Shown: piece after piece, positions 45,304-54,300 of the stretch
Numbering within the stretch: position 1 is the first letter of the stretch
How the letters are laid out: every line of letters begins with the position of its first letter
Origin: Candidatus Omnitrophota bacterium
GTDB taxonomy: Bacteria > Omnitrophota > Gorgyraeia > Zapsychrales > Zapsychraceae
Direction of reading: 5' to 3'
Length of the DNA stretch: 64,000 bases
Assembly: GCA_015233405.1 (NCBI GenBank)
Contig: JADFXT010000002.1
Coordinates: 132,451 to 196,450 of the forward strand
Notes under the pieces: generated by a model
Told to the model about the DNA's origin: nothing
Seen by the model: the letters and a program-made list of their open reading frames with translations, nothing else
Databases searched by the model: none
Made by a program: the position numbers and the translations under genes

Positions 45304-48300
45304 TTAGCGCAGGCTCAGCTTTTCTGGCGGATTTTGAGCCATCCCTAAGAACATCGGCACGGTTGTCGTCATGGGACGGATATCAATGATGACGGGCGTT
45401 AAGCCGGAAGCGTTTTGTAATTGTTCGATCATCGCGGGATCGAATTTGAATTGAATCCCCTCGCCCTCATTCTGAACTTGCACATTCATCTTGTCGCCGG
45501 TGAGGTCAATACCACCGGGAGATTTATTTTCGGATGAGGAACTCATCGCAGCGTCAGGGCCGGTTATTTTATCCAATATTTCATAATCAATGTATTTAAA
45601 GTTGCGTAATGTCGGTTTATTGGATATGACAATGCACTTCACTTTTCCTATAAGATCGTTACCATGTCCTAAGAGCCCGCTGGCCTCCAATTCGGCATAT
45701 CTTTTCTTAATGTTTTCTTTCGTTCCTAAGAAAATGATTTTGAAATTATCTCCCTGAGGGTATTTGATCCTCTCTCGAGCCATTTCGTCCATAAAGCTGG
45801 CATATTTCGCTTCGCCTTCTCGTTCAATTGTTGCGCCGGTATTATTTGCATCTACGGGCAGAATTTGCATTCCTTTGGGCAATCGACCCAGGTTTTTAAG
45901 AAGATAAAAAACCGTGGTCCTGAGTTTTCGTTGCGTTTTGACTTTAGGGTATGCTTTTGTATTGATGATCTTGTAGATCTTTCCCAAGAGTGCATTTTTA
46001 TCTTTAAAATTTGATTCCCATTCTGGTTTTGCGGCAAAATTATATTTCATTAATGGGCACAAATCTGGGAATAAATACTCCAGCAATCGTCTGTTCAGTT
46101 TTCTTTTGGCATATTCTTTGGGATTCGCCGTGGCCTTTTGAATTAGATTCATTAATCCTAAGCCCATCTTGCTATTGAGCGGAATCTTTCTAGGATCATA
46201 GAGATTTTCTTTCTTTAATAATTCATTCAGCCAGGCGGCCCCATTAAGTTTTTCCAGGCTTTCATCTTTGATGACCTCTTTAAAACTTTCTTCTCTCTTT
46301 ATGGCGTTGATCAACGGCGCTATGTTGTCATCGTCCGTAAAATTCGGGTTTATGAATTTATCGCCGAGGCTTAACGATTGAGGCGATGCGTCATAGTCAT
46401 CAGAGTTGTAGTCTTGAGCAAGCTTATTAAGCTCCCCTTCCAGAATGTTCAATCTTTCTTTCCCAAGCGCGTCTGTCGTTATTTGATTACCTTTTCCTTG
46501 GATGCCTATGAATGCATCTAAGGTGGCAATGACAACCCGTCGGGGTTTAAAAATATATCCGATCCCAAAAGCGCAATTTTCACAGCTTTCTAATGAAATA
46601 TATACGTCCGTATTTTTCATCTCCCATCCGTTTGATGCTGCCCGACTTAGCGCATTCATTTCTGCGTGTTCTTCCGTATCCATTTTTACAAAATTTTTAT
46701 CTTTCGGCCAAACGTCGATTAGCCCGATCCTTTCTTTATAAGAATCTGGCCAATTCTGCCCTGGAATAAATTGATGTTTGGGGCGATTTGACACAATGGT
46801 TTTCCAATCCTCATTGTTTACAGTTATTGCAAAAACCGGCGCAGTTTTATCCGGATTGAGTTCTTTTTCGCGAACAAGATATAAAGTCGCTCCTATGACC
46901 AAGATATCTCGGAGTTTTTGATTTTTTCGAAATGCTTCTGGAATCTCTGCCTGATAGCCCTTTTCCCTCCCGAGCACTCTATCAACAAATCCTTGAATAT
47001 TTTCTTCAGTATAATTACCAAATTCCGTTGAGACGTTGGCTAGTTCTCTTCCGATAGCTTTTAATAATATTTTTTTGTCCTGTTTCTCCCACTTCTCTCT
47101 TTTCATCCGTTCCATCAAAAGCGCATCAAGATCAATGCCGATCTTTTTGGCGATATTTTCTTCATATCCGACCGCGGCCAGATAGCGACGAGCCTGAAGT
47201 GCTTGCTCAAAAGTAGCTGCCCGAAAAATGATTTTCCGAGTTGTTTCTTTATCTAGATTAAAAGGAGCAATGTCCTCAAAAAACCTTCTGGCCCGCTCAA
47301 TATTACCTGTTTTGATGATCTCTTCAATTTCTCGTAGATTGGATTCTTGATTCTTATGCGTCAAGATTGTTTTCATTTCATTAAGCAAACTTTCGTTTAC
47401 CATGCCGCTTGCCAGCATCGCCCGATATTTCGGCGCAAAATCAATCCATTTCCAATTCCATGAATAATATGGCGTACGCGTTCGATCTTTATAAATGTTT
47501 TCCACTATTTCTTTGGTTTCATCGTCGAATTTCAGCCCATATTCAAATTTATATCCGATAGTCCTTAAGACTCCATGCGGCGTCAGTTTAAGTTTCCAGT
47601 CATCCCCCGCACCCTGACGTTTTTTTAAGCGCGCAATTTTGTTGATCAACAAATCCTCAATTCCTCCGTCGGGAGCATAAATAACGCCGCTACTATCTAC
47701 CCACATCTCCGCGATAGGTTCAACGGCGGTCGAGAATAGATTCGCCTTATATTTTACCGTTAAAGTTTTTGTGTCGTAAACCCCGAGATAATCAAGATGA
47801 ATGCCATGCCATACCCAGGATTCTTGGGGCTCCGTAATGTTTTTGACCTCGTTTTGTCCTCCTAAGGTTTGACGTAAGGCGTCTAAGACTTTCCTACCCA
47901 GAACCTCTTTGTTCGGGTCATCTTCAGACAAACCGATAAACATGTCCAAGTCCGCACCTTCCCGAAGAGTTTCCTCACCCGTTAATAGGCGACGCACAGT
48001 TCCTCCGGCCATGACGATGGTTCCCGACGGCCAGCCGTGCTCCTTTTCAATATTCCTGATCAATTCCAGCACGTCTTTGACTGTCGTCTTCCCTGGAACG
48101 GACCGCAAGCCATCGATCCCACCCGGCAGAGGTATTTCTCGTAACCGATTGTTGTTATAGAATGCCATGACCAGCGAAAATTGTTTGTTGAGTAGTGCAT
48201 CGGGGTCAGCCATAAGCTGTAAATTTTCCTGCCAGGATTGCATCTGTGGGCTGGTCTCTCCATAAGTTTCTGCTATCAAGGCCTTAATCTGATCTAAATG

Positions 48301-51300
48301 TTTCTGAATTTGGCGGATCTGATAAAGATAGGTGTTTCTGTATTGGGTGAACAATTTGTTACGTCCAGCTTCGGTCGAGAACTCCGACAGCGCAGTTAAA
48401 ATATCCAACTCCGCATTGCCATTTAAGAAACCGCTGATCATCTGCGAACTTTTTTGAAGCAGAAAATCATGGTCGACGGCAAGCAATTCCACAGAATTCT
48501 TATTCTTGGAGAGTATCATATAATTTGCCGGAAATCCGTGATGGACGTTCTGTACTACTTTTCGGTCTGAACGGCCTAAGAAATCCCCAACGGCCGCCCA
48601 TCGGGCCAGCGATTCAATGATCTGCTCCTTTTTAGGGAAGACGTTCTCTTTGAATCGGTATCGTCGTTCGAAAAGATCAAAGAAAGTCTGAGTATCTGAT
48701 CCAGAGATTTCTTCCATCAAAGTCATTCCGTGGATTCCCTTTTGCTTAAGTGGATAAAATTCCGCCGTAATAGACGGAAGACCCAGCAACCGAGTTATCT
48801 TGTAGAAAAATGTTTCATTGTATTGGACTCCAGGGGGCATTTTTTCTCTGACTGCCGATGTTTTTAGAAAGAACCGAATTTCATTTCCATCCACATTTCG
48901 CAAAGTAATTCGATAGACGATTTGGTTTGCTGTCATTATGCGTCCTGAGCTGAAATCTTCGATCTTGGATAGCTTCACTCCCTGAGGCTCCAAATCCTGG
49001 TTGAAATGAAGTTTTTCTAGAAAGGACCGTTGCTGAGCACTGAGGGTCGATCCTTTTGTCAAAAAGTCAGACAAGAAAGATCGGATATTTTTTTCAACCT
49101 CGCCGGATAGAATTTTCGATGAGAAAATTTTTATTCTTATTCCCATAGGAATATCGTTGATCAGGTCTCGCTGTATAACCATGAAATTTTGGAACATGCC
49201 GGGATTCAGTTTTTCTTTCTGCGGATATCCTGTAAATGGAAGAGCCAACAACTTTTTATCAACCATGGACTCGACCAAAAGTCGGGGATCTGCATCCACC
49301 GCTGTTTTATTTTTTTTCACAAAATTATAAACATGCCGCACAAGCCAAACTGCGTCTTGTTCGACTAGACCAAATTCCTTAAGTAAACGGACATTTTCTT
49401 TCATCTCTGACGACGGGATTGCGTCGTTATTTTTCTCTCCACCAGCCGGAGCACCAGTCGTCATCGCTTGATCCAAAACGCCTTGTGCGTTGTTCTGAAT
49501 GGGAGATGCGCTTGTTTTCACAAGATCTTTTTTCTTCACGGTATAATAGAGCTGCTGTGAAAACTTTATGTTGCCGCCCAGCCTCGTAATAAGATCCCGT
49601 TCGCCTACCCTTTTAAATAGATGTTCATCCCCTTTATCGGTCTTTACCGCGATCCGCACTGTATTGCCTTGATCTAATATTCCTGCATTTTTTGCGCCCA
49701 GCTGCTTCATAAGCTGGTAAGCGCTTCTGATCGTCGGCCCGTATTTTTGTTTCTCACCGTCGACGGCTACGTCTATAATTGTGCCGTCTTCTTTTGTTCC
49801 AATAATATGGAAAGGAAAGTTATTCTCTTTAAAAAAGATCTCTATCTCTCCGCTTCCCAAATTTATTTTATAATCGCCACGATTAACGACGGATTCATCC
49901 TCTTTCGTCTTTTCTGTATATCTAAGAGCGTTTAATTTTTCCGTTAATTTATTAGCTAACAATTTTTCTTGATCTCTGATATTGCCGTTCCTAAATTCAT
50001 CTATCGGCAAGGATAATTTTAATTGCACAGAATGATTGACGGCTTGTTTCAATAATTCTTTATTTTCCAGCAACTGATCAATGCCAAAAGACAACCCGCC
50101 ACTTGCGCCAACCCGAATGCCATTAAAATCTTTATCATCAAAATAAGCCGTCGAAATCAAATGTTTCACATCATCATACCAGTCAATGCTGGCAGCACTT
50201 TCATTCGGCTTAACAAAAGCGCCGTTACGCATAATCAACTGAACGAATGTCGCACTTCTTACTCTATCTGTAACCGGTTGTTTTCCTTCCTTTTCAATGT
50301 ATATATCGGTCTCAGTTGTTCCCAACCCTGATTTGAGCTTAAAGGTCACGTTCTCTTCGATCGTTGGCGGCTTGTCTTTCCACATAATTAATATGGGACA
50401 TTTACGGCTTTCGACGTCATAAAATGTCCCATCCGTCTTCATGGCATACAACAGTTTTCCGTCGACAAGAGAGACGATGGGCTTATTAACATACAAATTA
50501 TCTGCGCTGGATGAGGCCACAATATCGCGTCCTTTTGCCTCCTCTTTACTCCGTAACTCTTCTTGGATCACTTCAAAAGTCTTCATATGATCTCTGCGGA
50601 TATCCAGTTCTTTTGTCGATAACACCGTTTTTCCCTTCCGATAAACTATTTGATTGGTCTTTCGATCAATGGCAGACAGCAGCCCAAAAAAACTGTCATC
50701 AACGTACAATCCCATCTCTATGCCGCTATCCGGCGGAATTTCCAAAATGGCGATGGCTACTGCCTCCTTATCATTTTTATTTGCTCTGACCCAATGCCCA
50801 TTACTAAAGGTTCCATATCCTTTTGTCTGCTTTAAGGTGCCTGTTGCCATGGCTTTATCTGCTGGTCCTACACTATTTTCTTTGACCATGGCATCAATGA
50901 TTTGAGCAAGATTCTGTCTAATAACTAATATCGTTTTTTCGTTATGGCCTGGCGACGTGACCCAAGCTTTCCATTGATCAAAAAAACTTTCTAATTTATT
51001 TAAAAGTTCCGTCCGTTCCTCGCCATTCATGACAGATATTCTCGCCAGAGATGGCCGCTCCTTGTCCAGTGCAAAAATCTTAAGTCTGCTATAATACGGG
51101 TCTTTCTCGTCGATCAAGAATCGAAGGATCTCTTTTGTTGTTTTCATTTGACCGATCAAGACAGAATATTTCTGGATCAGACCGTTCTCATCAACATTCC
51201 TATCTTCCCGCGTCGGTTCAAAAGAACCCATCATCCCGTCGTACATGCCTTTAAAAATATTTAGAAAGATCAGGTCCAGATCAATGCTATTCGGCTTTTG

Positions 51301-54300
51301 TCTCTTGATGACTTCCCGTATGCGGTCAAAAACGCTCCCGGTGATTTGATTATTGCCCCATTTTGATTTCATTAGGGAAGGTCCCAACAGACGGTAAAGG
51401 GAATAATAATCAAAAACTTTCCATGCCGGATCTTGTTCCGATTTCTGCCAGAACTTTTCTGCCAGTAAAAAAGAATTCTTCCATAAGAAATATTGATTGC
51501 GCGGTTTATGGATATAATCGAAACGTCCATGAAAGACCGCGGTGTTGGCAATGATCGCTTGTTTGAATCCTGTTCGGCGCAATAAATAAGACGCGTCATC
51601 TTCATCCTTGTACATGAACAATCTCGAATCAAACCCGCCGCTTAAATGAAGCACATTAGCGCGAAGCATCATCGCCATGCCTTGCAATGCCGGAACACGA
51701 TGAAATAGATCAGGATCTTGCGGGTCCAAGAATCCTTCATCATGACTTAATCCTTTTCTTAATTCGTCACTTGCTTTGATTTCGGCTTTGATCAATGGTT
51801 CAGATATGTTGCCAGTTTTCCCGACTTCGTTCATGCTTTCTTCAAGCTCAGGGCTTAAAGCGACCAGCAAGGATTGCAGCGCTCCCACATCCGGACGAGA
51901 TCGGAATTTCGTTATCATTTTTTCCAAGGCCTTTGGGTCCAAGACAGAATCATTGTTCAGAAAAAACACAAACTCGCTTCCTCCCCTCATGGCGATGTGG
52001 GCCGCTTGATTATTCCCGCCGGTAAAACTGATGTTGGATCTATTTCTGACAAGTTTTATTTTGTCACGGATCCTTTCGGGAAGCGCGGGACGAAGTTCTG
52101 TCTCAAAATGGTCAGAAAATTTATCCGGAGAGTTATTGTCGACAAGAACGACCTCGAAATTCTCATAGGTTTGTCTGGCAAGCGTGTTTAACAATCGCAC
52201 TGTGCTTTCTGGAGTCATGCCGTAATGAAGGACAACAATGGAAACTTTTGGATTTGTCGCAAAAGTTTCTATATTCTTCTCATGCTCTTCATAGGTTCCG
52301 CTGACGGATGGATGATCTTTAAACCACTGTGCGTCTTCTTTAAGATATTTGAGCGCGTCGATATCTTGGGGGCTTCGTAGCTCTAACCGCTCTTTTAGGA
52401 TATCGGCTGTGAGCGGATGGTTTTTGCGGACATCTTCAATGATGGTGAGAATATCTTGTTTTAGAATTACGGTCTCAAGTCCAGTTTCACTAAAACTTTC
52501 CAAGATCTTATCGACCTTCTCCAAGCTATCTACAACAACACGCGCTCCTGCTTTTAACAGTTCTTCCTTGGAAGATTTTCCTGTCGTCGCGGCAAATCCA
52601 ACGGTAGGTATGCCTGCCTCAGTTGCCATTTGAGCCGCTTTTATATCGCTTACTGCGTCTCCTCCCATAGCAACAAAGACTTTTTTTGCTTCTTTACCAG
52701 ACTGATTGGCAATTGATTTACGCACATAAGCAGCAATATAGTTTGCCTTAAATGATCCGGCATCACCGAATCCCATCTTTTTGTAATCCCACGGGATTCC
52801 TCGCGCTACTTCGAACTTAAGACCATACTCTTGAACTCGCAGATCAACCTCTAATTGGGTCGCATGGCTCAAAAGAATCAAATGAATGGGAAACCCTTCC
52901 TGTCGTTTCTTCTCAAGACTAACAAAAAATTCGTCGACACCGGGCATTTTTCGTGTTGTTTCTTTAAAGCCGGCCTTAAACAATCGTTCAAATAATGACT
53001 GATATTCGGCGATAGTATTTTTTGGCGTCCACGAAGAGCCTTTTTCCTGCTTCAATTCATGAATGATCTCTGGGATATGATCAGGCCCTAAAAGATGTGT
53101 ATGGCTGCGATGGTACTCTCGGCCCTGTTTTAAATCAGCATCAGATAGTTCTATAGGGGTATTGACGTCAATGTCATTTTTTATTCTCCAATAAATTTCC
53201 CCATAAATATTGTCGACCAAATCCCATCCTTTCCATAAAAAGTTATCCGCATCGAGAAAAATATAGTTTTCGCTTTCTTTGCTCCAACTCATGGGAAAAG
53301 TCGGACCTATCTTGGAGTTTTCCTTTACAGGCCTAATCGGGTTTACCGGAGAGAAATTCGATTCCACAACCATCGCCCGATCGGAAATGCCTTCAGGCAG
53401 CGTGGCAAGGTCGGTGGTTTTACGATAAACTTTTCTGATCTGGTTTAACCCTGCTCCTCCGGAGAAATATTTTTTTGGCACAATCTGCTGCGTTACCGGG
53501 TCATAATCTTCCTTAATATAGTTGTAGGCGCCTTTCTTAAAAGTCTCGACGTATTGTGCCCAAATTTTGTCCTTGGCCGCTTTATCCGGGATATCGACGC
53601 CGTCAATCTTATTTTGGTCGACGTAAGCCTTACCCAAAAGGCTTTCTTTGACCTTGTCTTTAAACCAAACCGCCAGAATAAGCGAATGATAGACTTGGCG
53701 TAATTGCGCAAAGTTCTTGCCTGTGTTGACTTCTTTTTCAATGGCGGGGATAATTATTTGACGGATGACCATAGACGATAGACCAGAGACCATAGACCTT
53801 TTTTCAGCCGAAGGCTGGTCTATAGTCTTTTGTCTATGGTCTTTTGTCTGTTCTAGCGCTTCGTATTCTTCCTCCAACATCACCTTCAACTTCGCCTCGA
53901 CAACGTAAGCGGAGTCTTTGTTTTCATATACAACAGCTTTTTCCGGCACGATCCAAACCTTATTAAATGTGTCGACGGGAATATCGGTTGTGCCGAAACG
54001 GTTTTTAGCTTCGGCATAAATTTTATTCCAGAATTCTTTTCCTATTTTGCCTTCCGGATACATCAAAGATGCTGTGATTTGTTTTAAAATATAATCTTGC
54101 GCCAAAAGGTCGCGGCCCATTTCCGTTACGCCGAACGCATCCGGGATGATGCGGTTCTTTTCGTGCGGGGAAAGATTGACCCAAAGGTCTTTTTCAGGAA
54201 CCGTCAGCGAGGCGAGAAAATATTTAATTAGGCGAGTGGATTCCATTTTTAATTGTTCCGCTCCATTATTCAAATCGCCTTTATCTAAAATAAATTCAAG

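Noticed and set aside
46444-46836. Classifying the giant protein as a standard polymorphic toxin (C-terminal deaminase toxin plus immunity).
   Set aside because: The deaminase-like motif is internal, ~420 residues from the C-terminus. No small immunity-like ORF follows (the next gene is folE). I saw no RHS/YD, filamentous haemagglutinin, LXG, PAAR or similar trafficking repeats. I kept it as an open question rather than a call.
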